64,000 bases of DNA from Minisyncoccota bacterium (GTDB lineage Bacteria > Patescibacteriota > Minisyncoccia > Phycocordibacterales > DASSSU01): contig DASSSU010000029.1 of the NCBI GenBank assembly GCA_035708305.1, positions 576-64,575 of the forward strand, written 5' to 3'. The position numbers and the translations under genes were made by a program. Positions 23,812 to 34,065 of the stretch are shown here, piece after piece. Position 1 is the stretch's first letter, and each line of letters begins with the position of its first letter. The notes under the pieces are model-generated. The model was given only the letters and a program-made list of their open reading frames with translations. It was not told the DNA's origin and made no database searches.

Positions 23812-24039
23812 ATGGCTATTCTGGATTTTGATGCCATTGATCGACGCAAATCCCTCGCCAATAAACTGCACAACACTGCAATGACCATTACTGCTGCCTT
23901 TTACAAGGGGAGAAATATACCACCAAACCTTTTCCAAAAATTTTTTGATTTGGAAAGAAAGGTGGAAGGGAGAATATCGCCTAGGTTGCGTTTCATGTGT
24001 GCAGATGTAGTAAAAATTCACAACAATAAGCAGAAATAG
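23812..24039 (+). CDS. Orphan hypothetical protein
   Basis: AGGTGA SD; coupled to the next ORF. Confidence 0.5.
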   Translation: MAILDFDAIDRRKSLANKLHNTAMTITAAFYKGRNIPPNLFQKFFDLERKVEGRISPRLRFMCADVVKIHNNKQK

Positions 24040-24048
24040 GAGTATGTC

Positions 24049-24282
24049 ATGGTTCAGAAAACGTTTCTTACTCCGGAAGAAATAAAAGCACAAAGGCAAT
24101 CGGAATTTCGTACTCTCTGCTGTACGCAAATTATTCAGCAAGCACACCAAAGGCTGCCAATTTCTGGGACATTGTTTCAGCGGGCGCTTTATAAACCTGG
24201 GGCAGTAGACCCAGCACTCTTGGCAGAAGTTGAGCAAATACACCGGGAACGAAATCCGGTGAACAAAAATTCGTTTAGGTAA
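24049..24282 (+). CDS. Orphan hypothetical protein
   Basis: AGGAG SD; terminator 24306-24337. Confidence 0.5.
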   Translation: MVQKTFLTPEEIKAQRQSEFRTLCCTQIIQQAHQRLPISGTLFQRALYKPGAVDPALLAEVEQIHRERNPVNKNSFR

Positions 24283-24579
24283 AATTCACCTAAACTGATC
24301 ACAACACGCCCCGTACGATGCGGGGCGTTTCTTTTTGAGTTTTTTCAAATTTTTGTAATGCTTGCTTTTTAAAAGAAAGAAAGTAAGATAGAGGCATGCA
24401 AGGAAGCACGAGAACCGCCTTTACGTGGTTTGCTTCAAAACTGGAGAAATTTTCCGGGGTTCCTTGCAGGTGAGTAAAAAAAGCAAAAACCAACCATCGA
24501 AGCCCGGGAAAATTCCCGGGTGTTTTTGTTTTTGGGGCGAAAAACTCAGACAAGTAGATCAAAGAAAAGGAGAGAGAAA

Positions 24580-24795
24580 ATGCACGAGCTGGATCAGATA
24601 AAAATGCAAAAACAGTTTCAAAAAATTTTCAAAGAAAGCTGTTTTGAAATTTTTGATCGACATCGTGTCGGAAGAAAAATTCCGGAAGGCCTTTATTTGG
24701 AGATTGAACGTGTGTGGCCGTTGTTCAGCCCTGGTGTTCTTGACGAGTGGTATTATGAGCACGTCCAGCTTTACAAAAAAGGGGCATTTGATTAG
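24580..24795 (+). CDS. Orphan hypothetical protein
   Basis: AAGGAG SD; terminator 24816-24849. Confidence 0.5.
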   Translation: MHELDQIKMQKQFQKIFKESCFEIFDRHRVGRKIPEGLYLEIERVWPLFSPGVLDEWYYEHVQLYKKGAFD

Positions 24796-24840
24796 TTCTT
24801 TTTGACAGACATTTGGGTCCCGCGAAAAATGCGGGGCCTT

Positions 24841-25614
24841 TTATTTTTGGAGAGAAAGTTGAACGGTGCGGAAAAGTCCAAATTGATCTTTTTCAAAATG
24901 ATAGGAAAAATGTGGAAGCTTTTGGAGAATTTTTTTGATTTGGTTTTTTTGCTCGGTATCAAACTCAATGAAGAGCTTTCCGCCGGGAGTGAGGAAGCTG
25001 GGCGCCGCGTCAATGAGTTTCCTGATGAAAAAGAGCCCGTCTTCGCCGCCTACGAGCGCTTCTGTTGGTTCGAAATCCCGCACGGAAATATCCAGACTTT
25101 CAAAATTTTTCTCTGGAATATACGGCGGGTTCGCAAAAATAAAGTCGTAGTGCTTTGGTGGAATGTCTTTAAATACGTCGGAGTGAAAAATTTCCGTGCG
25201 ATCTTTTGTAATTTTGTTTTTCTCAAGGTTGTTTTGGATTTGCTGTATCGCGTCTGTGCTGAAATCAGCAAAATCCACCTGAGCAAGAGGAAGGTGTTTT
25301 AAAAGCGCAATCCCGATACAGCCAGAGCCGGAAAAGATATCCAAAATATTGATCGATTGGTTTTGGGGTGTCTTTTCTTTGATCTTTGAGATCGCATTTT
25401 TGACCCAAAATTCCGTTTCTTCTCGCGGAATGAGCGGTCGATAGGAAAGGTCGATATTGCAGTCGAGAAATGGACGGCTGCCGATCACATAGTCCACCGG
25501 TTCGCCGTTTTCCAAACGCGAGACATCCACAAAAAATTTTTCGGTTTCCTGTCCGTGATATTTTTCACGAAGCAGCCAGGCTTTTGCTTTTTTGAAATAT
25601 TCGGTGTTGTTCAT
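24841..25614 (-). CDS. prmC: Release factor glutamine methyltransferase
   Basis: GEPVDYVIG, LIPREETE, GSGCIG and NPPY motifs. Confidence 0.93.
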   Translation of the reverse strand: MNNTEYFKKAKAWLLREKYHGQETEKFFVDVSRLENGEPVDYVIGSRPFLDCNIDLSYRPLIPREETEFWVKNAISKIKEKTPQNQSINILDIFSGSGCIGIALLKHLPLAQVDFADFSTDAIQQIQNNLEKNKITKDRTEIFHSDVFKDIPPKHYDFIFANPPYIPEKNFESLDISVRDFEPTEALVGGEDGLFFIRKLIDAAPSFLTPGGKLFIEFDTEQKNQIKKILQKLPHFSYHFEKDQFGLFRTVQLSLQK

Positions 25615-26516
25615 GATGTGAGAAAATCTTTTACTGCCGCAAAAATTTGGGATCGATCGTCTGGATGAAACCAGCGGATGTTGTGGTCGCGCAAAAACCA
25701 GCGCATCTGTCGCTTGGCGTATTGTCGGTTTTGCCGGGCGATCTTCGGTGCTATCTCTTCGCGGGTGATTTTTCCCTGGAGGTATTCTGCCAGAGTTCGG
25801 TATTCCAATCCGAATTCTTCCATCCGGTCGAAAGAAAGTCCGTTTCGGTGAAGTTTCTCGGCTTCTTCTCTCATGCCGTGTTCCAGACGGAAAGACACCC
25901 TCTCGGCGATACGCGCTTCCAATTCTTCCATGGGGAGGGAAAGGCCGATGCGGAGTGCGTGAAATGACTGTTTATCTCTCTGTGTCTGTAACGGCGGTAC
26001 GGAGCCGAGTTTTTGCGCGATTTCCACCGCGCGGATGAGGCGGCGGCGGTTTTTGGGATCGATCTCCATTGCACGGTTCGGATCGATCTTTTGAAGGATG
26101 GAAAAAATTTCTTCGGCGGGTTTTGCTTCAAGTTCATTTCGCAAAGCTTCATCGGGCGGAACTTCCGGATATGAGACACCATCTAAAATTGCACTGATGT
26201 AAAAACCGGTTCCACCACAGAGTATTGGAAGTTTTCCCCGCGAAAAAATATTTTCGATCGTTTTTCCGGCTTCTTTTTGGTACTCCGCCGCGGTAAACAC
26301 GTATCTTGGATCAGCAATAGAAAGCAGGTGGTGGGGAACGCCTGCCATCTCTGCTTCAGTGATTTTTCCCGTTGCGATATCAAGCCCGCGGTAAATTTGG
26401 CGTGAGTCGGCCGAAACTACTTCGCCGTGAAAACGAAGCGCGAGCTCTACCGCGAGGGTGCTCTTGCCGGAAGAGGTCGGTCCGACGACGGCAATTAATT
26501 TTTGTAGAAGCTTCAT
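25611..26516 (-). CDS. miaA: tRNA dimethylallyltransferase
   Basis: GPTSSGKS, SADSRQIY, GGTGFY and YAKRQ motifs. Confidence 0.97.
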   Translation of the reverse strand: MKLLQKLIAVVGPTSSGKSTLAVELALRFHGEVVSADSRQIYRGLDIATGKITEAEMAGVPHHLLSIADPRYVFTAAEYQKEAGKTIENIFSRGKLPILCGGTGFYISAILDGVSYPEVPPDEALRNELEAKPAEEIFSILQKIDPNRAMEIDPKNRRRLIRAVEIAQKLGSVPPLQTQRDKQSFHALRIGLSLPMEELEARIAERVSFRLEHGMREEAEKLHRNGLSFDRMEEFGLEYRTLAEYLQGKITREEIAPKIARQNRQYAKRQMRWFLRDHNIRWFHPDDRSQIFAAVKDFLTS

Positions 26517-26556
26517 GACGGATGGGTTTTGAGAAAGTTACAAAGAAGAAATCGAG

Positions 26557-26565
26557 TTATCCACA
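26557..26565 (+). promoter_or_regulatory. DnaA box
   Basis: Perfect TTATCCACA upstream of nrdA. Confidence 0.5.
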
Positions 26566-26890
26566 AGCCAACGGAAAAATGCTTATCCTTCGGGAGATTT
26601 TTTCTGTTTTGGATGGAGCGGGAAGATGCGGTAAAATGTCAGTACAAAGCTTCGAAATTTTTCTTAAACTTTGTACCAACATTATGCCACATGAAAGCAT
26701 TCCTTTTTGGAAGGTGTGCACTTTTTCTGTCGCTTGTTTTCGTTATCATGTCAGAGTGTTGGGGATTTTTTAAAAAAGTTTTGCATCAATTTTGTTTCTT
26801 GGAGCGGAAAGAAATTGATAGAGGAAGCTTACCCGAAAAAGAACCAAAATGCCACTTTGGCTCCAATTTAAGAGTTTAGCGTAAAGCACC

Positions 26891-29815
26891 ATGAACGAAA
26901 TTTCAAATATCAAAAAAAGAGACGGAAGTACGGTTCCTTTTGATCCTCAAAAAATTTTTTCCGCGGTGAAAAAAGCCTTTTCTGGGGAAAATGTCAGTAT
27001 TTCATCGGCGGATCTCCACAAGATTACTGATACCGCTGTAGAGGAACTGAAAAAGCGGACGGAGAAGAATGAACCGGTAAGTGTAGAAAACGTTCAAGAC
27101 GTGGTGGAACAAACGCTCATGGAAGGAGGATATTTCAAAGTGGCAAAAGCGTATATTCTGTATCGCTACGAGCACAAAAAGGAGCGGGAAAAAGAAGTGG
27201 CGGAAAAAATTGAAGAAGAAACCTTGACCGTGACGAAGAGAAACGGCAAAAGGGAAATTTTTTCCATTGACAAGCTCCGCAATACACTCTTTTTCCACGT
27301 GAAGGGGTATGAAAACGTTATCGATGTGGACCGCGTGGTCGGACAATGCCGCAGTGAGGTGTATGACGGAATTCAGACAAAAGATGTCACGCGAGCTATT
27401 GTCATGGCGCTTCGTTCGATGATTGAGATCGATCCGGCGTATTCAAAGATTGCAGCACGGGTGCTCTCCAGTATCATTTTGAAGGAAGTTGCTGGTACCG
27501 ATGTGTTTGATCGTGGCAACATTGATCGCGAATACCGGGAAGTTTTTGTAAAAAACATCCATCGCGGGGTGGAAATGGGACGTTTGGATCGTCGTTTGCT
27601 CGAGTTTGACCTTCGTGCGATCAGCCAGGAGTTGGTGATCGGACGGGATGATCTTTTCGAATATCTCGGACTCCAGACACTCTACGACCGCTACTTTGTG
27701 CGTGATGACGACACCCGGCAGGTGCTTGAAACGGCGCAGATGTTTTGGATGCGCGTTGCCATGGGAACCGCGCTTTTGGAGAAGCCGGAGGAGCGCTTGC
27801 GGTGGACAAAAGAGTTTTATGAGATCATGTCGCTTTTGCACTACACGCCGTCGACCCCAACACTCTTCCACGCGGGAACACAGCAGCCGCAGCTTTCATC
27901 TTGCTACCTGAACACCGTGCCGGACTCACTTGACGCGATTTTCAAATCCTATGCCGACAACGCACAGCTTTCGAAGTGGTCCGGCGGTTTGGGCACAGAC
28001 TGGACCCCGCTTCGCGCAACCGGGGCGTTCATCAAGGGAACCGGCGTGGAGAGTCAGGGAGTTATTCCGTTTTTGAAGATTGCGAACGACGTGACGGTGG
28101 CGATCAACCGAAGTGGAAGGCGGCGTGGCGCGGCAGCAGTGTACTTGGAGGTATGGCATTACGATATCTTTGACTTTATCGAACTTCGCAAGAATACCGG
28201 TGATGAACGGCGCCGGACGCACGACATGGATACGGCTACCTGGATTCCGGATTTGTTCATGAAGCGAGTACGCGAAAAGAAAGACTGGACACTTTTCTCG
28301 CCGGACGAAACGCCAGAACTGCACAACATCTACGGCCGGGCTTTTGAAGAAAAATATGCAGAGTACGAGCGAAAGGCCGATCGCGGAGAAATGAAAGTTT
28401 GGAAGCGCATTCCTGCGGAAGATCTTTGGAAGAAAATGCTTGCCATGCTCTTTGAAACCGGCCACCCGTGGATGACCTGGAAAGATCCTTCCAACGTACG
28501 CTCTCCTCAGGATCATGTCGGCGTCGTGCACAACTCAAATCTCTGCACCGAGATCACACTCAACACTTCCGAGAATGAAACCGCTGTCTGCAACCTCGGT
28601 TCGCTCAACTTTGCAAAGTTTGTGGTAAACGGGGTTTTTGACAAAAACCTGGTGGGAAGTGTGGTGATGACCGCGATGCGTATGCTCGACAATGTGATCG
28701 ATATCAATTTCTATCCGACCGAAGATGCCAAGCGTTCCAACATGCAGCATCGTCCAGTGGGGCTTGGGATTCGCGGTTTTCAGGATGCGCTCTATCTTTT
28801 GGGAATTAATTTTGATTCCGAGAAATGCATTCAGTTTGCGGACGAAAGTATGGAAGTGGTGTCGTATTACGCGATTTTGGCTTCTTCTGGACTTGCCCGC
28901 GAGCGCGGTGCGTACAAAACCTTCAAGGGTTCCAAGTGGGACCGAAATATTTTCCCGCAGGACACGCTTGATTTGCTGGAAAAAGAACGTGGAGAAGTTA
29001 TTCCGGTTCCGCGAACGGGACGGCTGGACTGGGCGCCGGTACGCGAACACGTGCGCATGTATGGCATGAGAAATTCCAACTGTCTTGCGGTAGCACCAAC
29101 CGCAACGACTGCCAATATTGTGGGCTGTGTTCCGACCATTGAGCCGATTTACAAAAACATTTATGTGAAGTCCAACCAGGCGGGAGATTTCGTGGTGGTC
29201 AACTCTTATTTAGTGGAAGAGCTGAAGATGCGCCGCTTGTGGAACGAAAACATGCTTGCCAAGCTCAAGTACCATGACGGAAGCATTCAGGAGATCGAAG
29301 AAATCCCGAAAGACATCAAGGAAAAATACAAGGAAATCTTTGAGATTGATCCAAGCTGGCTGATCCGCAGTGCCGCTTCCCGTGGAAAGTGGATTGACCA
29401 AAGCCAATCGCTGAACATTTATTTCCGCGGTACATCCGGCAAGGAGCTTTCTCAGGTGTATTTCCTTGCCTGGGAAATGGGACTCAAGACTACGTATTAT
29501 CTCCGTACCCTCGGTGCTTCACAAGTGGAAAAGTCCACGGTGGACACGGGAAAGTTTGGGTCAACCCACCAGCGCAAAACTTTTTCTTCAAACGCCATCC
29601 CGTCTTCCTCCACAGAAATGGTAGAGAGGGTGATGAACGTGGAGTCAGTGGAAGTCAAGCCTGAGCCGGTAAAAACCACAGAAGGGCATCCGAGTCCATT
29701 CCCAAAAGAAGCTGTTTCTGTGTCCTATCCGGTGTCGGTTGGTGCAGCAGCTCAGCCGAAGTATAATCTGATACGGATTGGGGATGATACAGACTGCGAG
29801 GCCTGCCAAGCATAG
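26891..29815 (+). CDS. nrdA: Class Ia ribonucleotide reductase alpha subunit with two ATP-cones
   Basis: IKKRDG and VTKRNG cones, QLSSC, SNLCTEI, KTTYY, C-terminal CEAC. Confidence 0.97.
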   Translation: MNEISNIKKRDGSTVPFDPQKIFSAVKKAFSGENVSISSADLHKITDTAVEELKKRTEKNEPVSVENVQDVVEQTLMEGGYFKVAKAYILYRYEHKKEREKEVAEKIEEETLTVTKRNGKREIFSIDKLRNTLFFHVKGYENVIDVDRVVGQCRSEVYDGIQTKDVTRAIVMALRSMIEIDPAYSKIAARVLSSIILKEVAGTDVFDRGNIDREYREVFVKNIHRGVEMGRLDRRLLEFDLRAISQELVIGRDDLFEYLGLQTLYDRYFVRDDDTRQVLETAQMFWMRVAMGTALLEKPEERLRWTKEFYEIMSLLHYTPSTPTLFHAGTQQPQLSSCYLNTVPDSLDAIFKSYADNAQLSKWSGGLGTDWTPLRATGAFIKGTGVESQGVIPFLKIANDVTVAINRSGRRRGAAAVYLEVWHYDIFDFIELRKNTGDERRRTHDMDTATWIPDLFMKRVREKKDWTLFSPDETPELHNIYGRAFEEKYAEYERKADRGEMKVWKRIPAEDLWKKMLAMLFETGHPWMTWKDPSNVRSPQDHVGVVHNSNLCTEITLNTSENETAVCNLGSLNFAKFVVNGVFDKNLVGSVVMTAMRMLDNVIDINFYPTEDAKRSNMQHRPVGLGIRGFQDALYLLGINFDSEKCIQFADESMEVVSYYAILASSGLARERGAYKTFKGSKWDRNIFPQDTLDLLEKERGEVIPVPRTGRLDWAPVREHVRMYGMRNSNCLAVAPTATTANIVGCVPTIEPIYKNIYVKSNQAGDFVVVNSYLVEELKMRRLWNENMLAKLKYHDGSIQEIEEIPKDIKEKYKEIFEIDPSWLIRSAASRGKWIDQSQSLNIYFRGTSGKELSQVYFLAWEMGLKTTYYLRTLGASQVEKSTVDTGKFGSTHQRKTFSSNAIPSSSTEMVERVMNVESVEVKPEPVKTTEGHPSPFPKEAVSVSYPVSVGAAAQPKYNLIRIGDDTDCEACQA

Positions 29816-29818
29816 CCT

Positions 29819-29941
29819 TAAAACTTCCAGCTTTGGCGAATTTCTTTGTCAGAACGTGAATTTTCCTGTTCATCTGCCTGAGGCAGACTCACAGCCAAAT
29901 TCACGTTCTTCCTCAAACTTCATCCAAATCTGAAAGTTTTA
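29819..29941. repeat. Palindromic element between nrdA and nrdB
   Basis: Outer arms shared with 31036-31163; apical 24-mer identical to 13043-13066. Confidence 0.9.
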
Positions 29942-30003
29942 TTTTGCAAGATTCTGAAAGTAGTTGCATACACAATAAAAATTATTCATTCACACTTACA
30001 TCC

Positions 30004-31038
30004 ATGCCTATTAAACAAACAAACGAGCAAGTAGATATTAACAAGCGAAAGATCATCAACGGGGAAGACGCCGATGTGATGCAGCTTCACCCGATCAAGC
30101 ATAAGTTTGCTTGGGAGGCGTACAATACCGGCAATGCGAACCACTGGCTTCCGACGGAGATCGGCATGCAAAAAGACGTAGAGCAGTGGAGATCGCGCGA
30201 CGTACTTTCCGACGACGAACGTCAAGCATTTGAAACGGTCCTCGGCTTTTTCACCACGGCGGACTCGATTGCGGCAAATAACGTGGTTTTGGCGCTCTAC
30301 AAGCACATCACTTCACCGGAGTGCCGCATGTTTCTTTTGCGGCAGGGCTACGAAGAGGCAAACCACACGCACTCGTACCAGTACATCGTGGAGTCGCTCG
30401 GCATGGATGAAGGAAAAATTTTCAACATGTACCGCGAGGTGGAGGCGATCTACAACAAAGACAACCTTGTCCTCTCACTCAATGAAGGAATCTTTGATCC
30501 GAACTTCAAAACGGGAACATTTGAAAATGACCAGAAATTCTTGGAAAACCTTTGTGTTTTCTCGCTTATTCTCGAAGGAATTTTCTTCTACAGTTCGTTT
30601 GCCGTGATGTTTGGTTTTCAGCGGCAAAACAAGCTGGTGGGCGCTGCGGAGCAGATTCAGTACATCATGCGCGATGAATCCCAGCACCTGAACTTTGGTA
30701 TCAACATGATCAACACAATCAAAGAAGAGCAGCCGGAACTTTGGACGCCGGAATTCCAGCAAAAAATCATCGACCTGATCCGCCGCGGTGTGGTACTTGA
30801 GTACACGTTTGCACAGGAAGTTTTCCCGAAAGGAATTTTTGGCATGAACGCGGAAGGGTTCAAGCAGTACATTGAGTACATTGCAGATCGCCGATTGGAG
30901 CGTGTGGGCTTGCCGAAGCAGTACAATGTGACCAATCCGTTCCCGTGGATGTCGGAGGCGATTGACTTGTCGAAGGAAAAGAACTTCTTTGAGACGAGAG
31001 TGACCGAATATAAAGTCGGCGGCGCGTTGGAGTGGTAA
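30004..31038 (+). CDS. nrdB: Class Ia ribonucleotide reductase beta subunit
   Basis: EEANHTHSY (radical Tyr), EGIFFYSSF, RDESQH and NFFETRVTEY motifs. Confidence 0.97.
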   Translation: MPIKQTNEQVDINKRKIINGEDADVMQLHPIKHKFAWEAYNTGNANHWLPTEIGMQKDVEQWRSRDVLSDDERQAFETVLGFFTTADSIAANNVVLALYKHITSPECRMFLLRQGYEEANHTHSYQYIVESLGMDEGKIFNMYREVEAIYNKDNLVLSLNEGIFDPNFKTGTFENDQKFLENLCVFSLILEGIFFYSSFAVMFGFQRQNKLVGAAEQIQYIMRDESQHLNFGINMINTIKEEQPELWTPEFQQKIIDLIRRGVVLEYTFAQEVFPKGIFGMNAEGFKQYIEYIADRRLERVGLPKQYNVTNPFPWMSEAIDLSKEKNFFETRVTEYKVGGALEW

Positions 31039-31163
31039 AAGCTTCCAGATTTGGCGAATATCTTTGTTGCGAGGCAAAGTGCTTGCTCACCTTACTTATC
31101 CGTAAGGCTCGCGGCGACACTTTGCTTCGCGCCTCGATCTTCATCCAAATCTGAAACCTTTTA
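31036..31163. repeat. Palindromic element starting on the nrdB stop codon
   Basis: TAAAAGCTTCCAGATTTGG/CCAAATCTGAAACCTTTTA arms; inner GCGAGGCAAAGTG/CACTTTGCTTCGC stem. Confidence 0.9.
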
Positions 31164-31273
31164 CTTTTGCAAAAATCTGGTTATAAATAAAAAACTCTAG
31201 GATTAGAGTTTTTTATTTTAGCGGGGAATTCCGAAAAAACCCTTTATTTTCAAGCAAAAACAGGGAAGAGAAG

Positions 31274-31330
31274 TTATCCACAGGTTTTCTTGGGGAAAAT
31301 GTTTGACAAGAAAATTAGAAAGCGTATACT
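31274..31330 (+). promoter_or_regulatory. DnaA box plus sigma70 promoter
   Basis: TTATCCACA (31274); TTGACA-16-TATACT (31303-31330). Confidence 0.6.
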
Positions 31331-31499
31331 AATGGCAGTTCCATTCACTTGGATATCCCGTTCTTTTTTCCACCCCCACCACCACTCTAACCCCCCCCTT
31401 TTTTTTCTTTCCCCTTCAACATCATTTTTACATGGTGTTTTTTTGTGCTTGATTTTTGGATTGAGAGAGACCAGGCTCTATTGCGTGTTTTGGTAGCTC

Positions 31500-32867
31500 A
31501 TGTATCATAAAGCCATGCTGAACATGGGGAGGAAAGAGGCGGGAATCTTGTTTTTGGGCGATATTCTCATATACTTCGCCTCGCTTTGGATTGCACTTGC
31601 TCTCCGGCACTTGGCTGTCCCGACAGCAAATGTCTACCTCCTTCACCTGAAGCCTTTCCTCATTCTCTTTCTTATCTGGACCGTTGTTTTTTACATTTCC
31701 GGACTCTACGAAAAACATACCCTTGTTTTTAAGAGCAAGCTCCCATCGCTCATTTTTACTGCACAGGTGATAAACAGCCTTCTCGGTGTTTTGTTTTTCT
31801 ACCTCATTCCGGTTTTTTCGATTACGCCAAAAACCGTACTTTTTATCGACCTCGCTTTCACATTTGTCCTCCTTGTTTTTTGGCGGCTGTACCTTTCGGA
31901 GCGGGTGACGGCCACCAAAAGGCAAAACGCACTCCTCATCGGTTCCGGAGATGAAATGCAGGAGCTTTGGGAAGAGGTGAATCAAAATCCTCGCTATCGC
32001 TTCCGTTTTCTTTCTGCACTTGACCTTGACGCGATCGGCTCGGTAGATTTCAAAGGGGAGATCTTGGATAGGATTTATAGTGAAAAGATCACTATGATCG
32101 TGATTGATCTGAAAAATGAGAAATCCTTTCCCATTTTGCCACATCTCTACAACTTGCTTTTTTCGCGCGTCCACTTTTTTGACCTACATCGCGTGTATGA
32201 AGATATTTTTGACCGCGTACCGCTTTCGCTTGTGGGGTACAACTGGTTTTTGGAGAACATTTCTTCCGCTTCTAAAATTTCGTACGATATTCTTAAGCGG
32301 GCTATGGACATTGCGGCGGCACTTCTGCTCGGAATTCCTTCGCTGGTGTTTTATCCTTTCGTCTATTTGGCGATCAAGCTTGATGATGGCGGATCGGTGT
32401 TTTTGCATCAGGAGCGCGTGGGGAAAAACAATTCTTCTGTCTGGCTTTTGAAGTTCCGAACCATGACATTTGATGACAAAGGCAAGTGGGGAAAGAGCGG
32501 ACAGACAAACAAAGTCACCCGTGTAGGAGAGTTCTTACGCAAAAGTCGTATTGACGAACTGCCACAGCTGTGGAATGTGCTGAAAGGTGATATTTCTCTG
32601 ATCGGTCCGCGGCCGGAATTCCCGGATCCAGTGAGAGAATACGAAAGTAAGGTTCCGTACTACGGTGTGCGGCATCTTATCAAACCGGGACTCTCCGGCT
32701 GGGCGCAGGTGCATCACATGGAACATCCACATCATCAGCTTGATATGGAAGAAACGCGGCGCAAACTTTCATATGATCTCTATTACATCAAAAATCGCTC
32801 TCTGGTGCTTGATATCAAAACCGCGCTCATGACGGTGAGAATTATGCTCGCTCGAAGTGGAAGGTAA
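31500..32867 (+). CDS. Polyprenyl-phosphate glycosylphosphotransferase (WcaJ/WbaP-like)
   Basis: 4 TM plus KRAMDI, KFRTM, IDELPQL.NVLKG.ISLIGPRPE and KPGLSGWAQV motifs. Confidence 0.93.
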   Translation: MYHKAMLNMGRKEAGILFLGDILIYFASLWIALALRHLAVPTANVYLLHLKPFLILFLIWTVVFYISGLYEKHTLVFKSKLPSLIFTAQVINSLLGVLFFYLIPVFSITPKTVLFIDLAFTFVLLVFWRLYLSERVTATKRQNALLIGSGDEMQELWEEVNQNPRYRFRFLSALDLDAIGSVDFKGEILDRIYSEKITMIVIDLKNEKSFPILPHLYNLLFSRVHFFDLHRVYEDIFDRVPLSLVGYNWFLENISSASKISYDILKRAMDIAAALLLGIPSLVFYPFVYLAIKLDDGGSVFLHQERVGKNNSSVWLLKFRTMTFDDKGKWGKSGQTNKVTRVGEFLRKSRIDELPQLWNVLKGDISLIGPRPEFPDPVREYESKVPYYGVRHLIKPGLSGWAQVHHMEHPHHQLDMEETRRKLSYDLYYIKNRSLVLDIKTALMTVRIMLARSGR

Positions 32868-32891
32868 AATGGAGGAAAGATAAAAAAAGAT

Positions 32892-34052
32892 ATGCCTCAA
32901 AATCAAAGCAAACGAAAAAAGCTGGTGTATCTCATTACCAAAGCAAACTGGGGCGGGGCACAGCGGTATGTGTACGACTTAGCGGCACACTTTTGCGAAG
33001 ATTTTGATGTGCTCGTGCTCTATGGCGAAAAAGGCCTGCTCGCCGAAAAATTGGAAGAAAAAAATATCCGTGTACGTGAAATCTCGGGACTGCGAAGAGA
33101 TGTTGGGCTTCTCTCGGAAATTCACGCGTTTTGGGAAATCTGGAAAATCCTTCGTGAAGAACAGCCTGATATTTTTCATGTGAACAGCTCGAAAGCGGGA
33201 ATCATGGGCACTTTGGCGGGGAGGCTCATCCGCGTGCCAAGGATTATTTTTACCGCGCATGGCTGGGCGTTTACGGAAGATCGAAGTATTTTTTCCCGCG
33301 CGATTATCTTTCTTCTCCACGTAAAAACCATTTTGCTCTCACATGTGACCATCGCGGTTTCTCAGACGACAAAAGAAGAAATCAGTTTTGTGCCGTTTCT
33401 GGGAAAGAAAATTGTGGTGATACGCAATGGCATTCCTGCGGAAGGTTTTCTTGGGCGTAGTACTGCGCAGGTGGATCTTCAGGAAAAGTTTCCGCAACTC
33501 CAAAAAATTTTTGAAAGCGGCACACTGATCTTTGGATCCGTGGCGGAACTTCATCCAAACAAAAACCTTGCGCTTGCGGTTCGTGCGGTGGTGGAGATCA
33601 TTCGAAACGGTGCAAAGACCGCTTTGGTGGTGATCGGCGAAGGGGAAGAGCGCGCGCGGCTTGAAGCATTGGCGGCAGAACTTAGGGTGCAAGACCACGT
33701 TTTTTTTCCGGGGAAAGTAGAGTTTGCACATCGGTATCTGAAAGCGTTTGATGTGTTTGTTTTGCCGTCCAAAAAAGAAGGCTTGCCGTACGTGCTCTTG
33801 GAGGCGGGTGTGGCGGGGCTGCCGATGGTTGCGAGTGGGGTGGGCGGTATTGGTGAAATTATTGTTGATCAAAGAACTGGCTTACTTTTTCCTTCAGATG
33901 ATGCAAAAAAACTGGAATCGTGCATGCTTTCTTTGTTGAAAAACCCAGCGCAACGTGAAAAGTATGCTGAAGCAGCCCAAAAAAATATATCCGAAAATTT
34001 TTCGCTGGAGAAAATGCTTACTGAGACGCGCCGGGTGTACGAAGATCAATAA
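32892..34052 (+). CDS. Glycosyltransferase family 4
   Basis: GGAQRY, FTAHGW and PS.KEGLPYVLLEA motifs. Confidence 0.93.
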   Translation: MPQNQSKRKKLVYLITKANWGGAQRYVYDLAAHFCEDFDVLVLYGEKGLLAEKLEEKNIRVREISGLRRDVGLLSEIHAFWEIWKILREEQPDIFHVNSSKAGIMGTLAGRLIRVPRIIFTAHGWAFTEDRSIFSRAIIFLLHVKTILLSHVTIAVSQTTKEEISFVPFLGKKIVVIRNGIPAEGFLGRSTAQVDLQEKFPQLQKIFESGTLIFGSVAELHPNKNLALAVRAVVEIIRNGAKTALVVIGEGEERARLEALAAELRVQDHVFFPGKVEFAHRYLKAFDVFVLPSKKEGLPYVLLEAGVAGLPMVASGVGGIGEIIVDQRTGLLFPSDDAKKLESCMLSLLKNPAQREKYAEAAQKNISENFSLEKMLTETRRVYEDQ

Positions 34053-34065
34053 TTTTCAAGTACAA

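Noticed and set aside
26891-27480. Double ATP-cone as a novelty
   Set aside because: Already known in this NrdA subclass (for example Pseudomonas and Chlamydia types).
30004-31038. Possible class Ic or metal-free RNR beta subunit
   Set aside because: The radical Tyr and canonical Asp/Glu/His ligands are present, consistent with class Ia.
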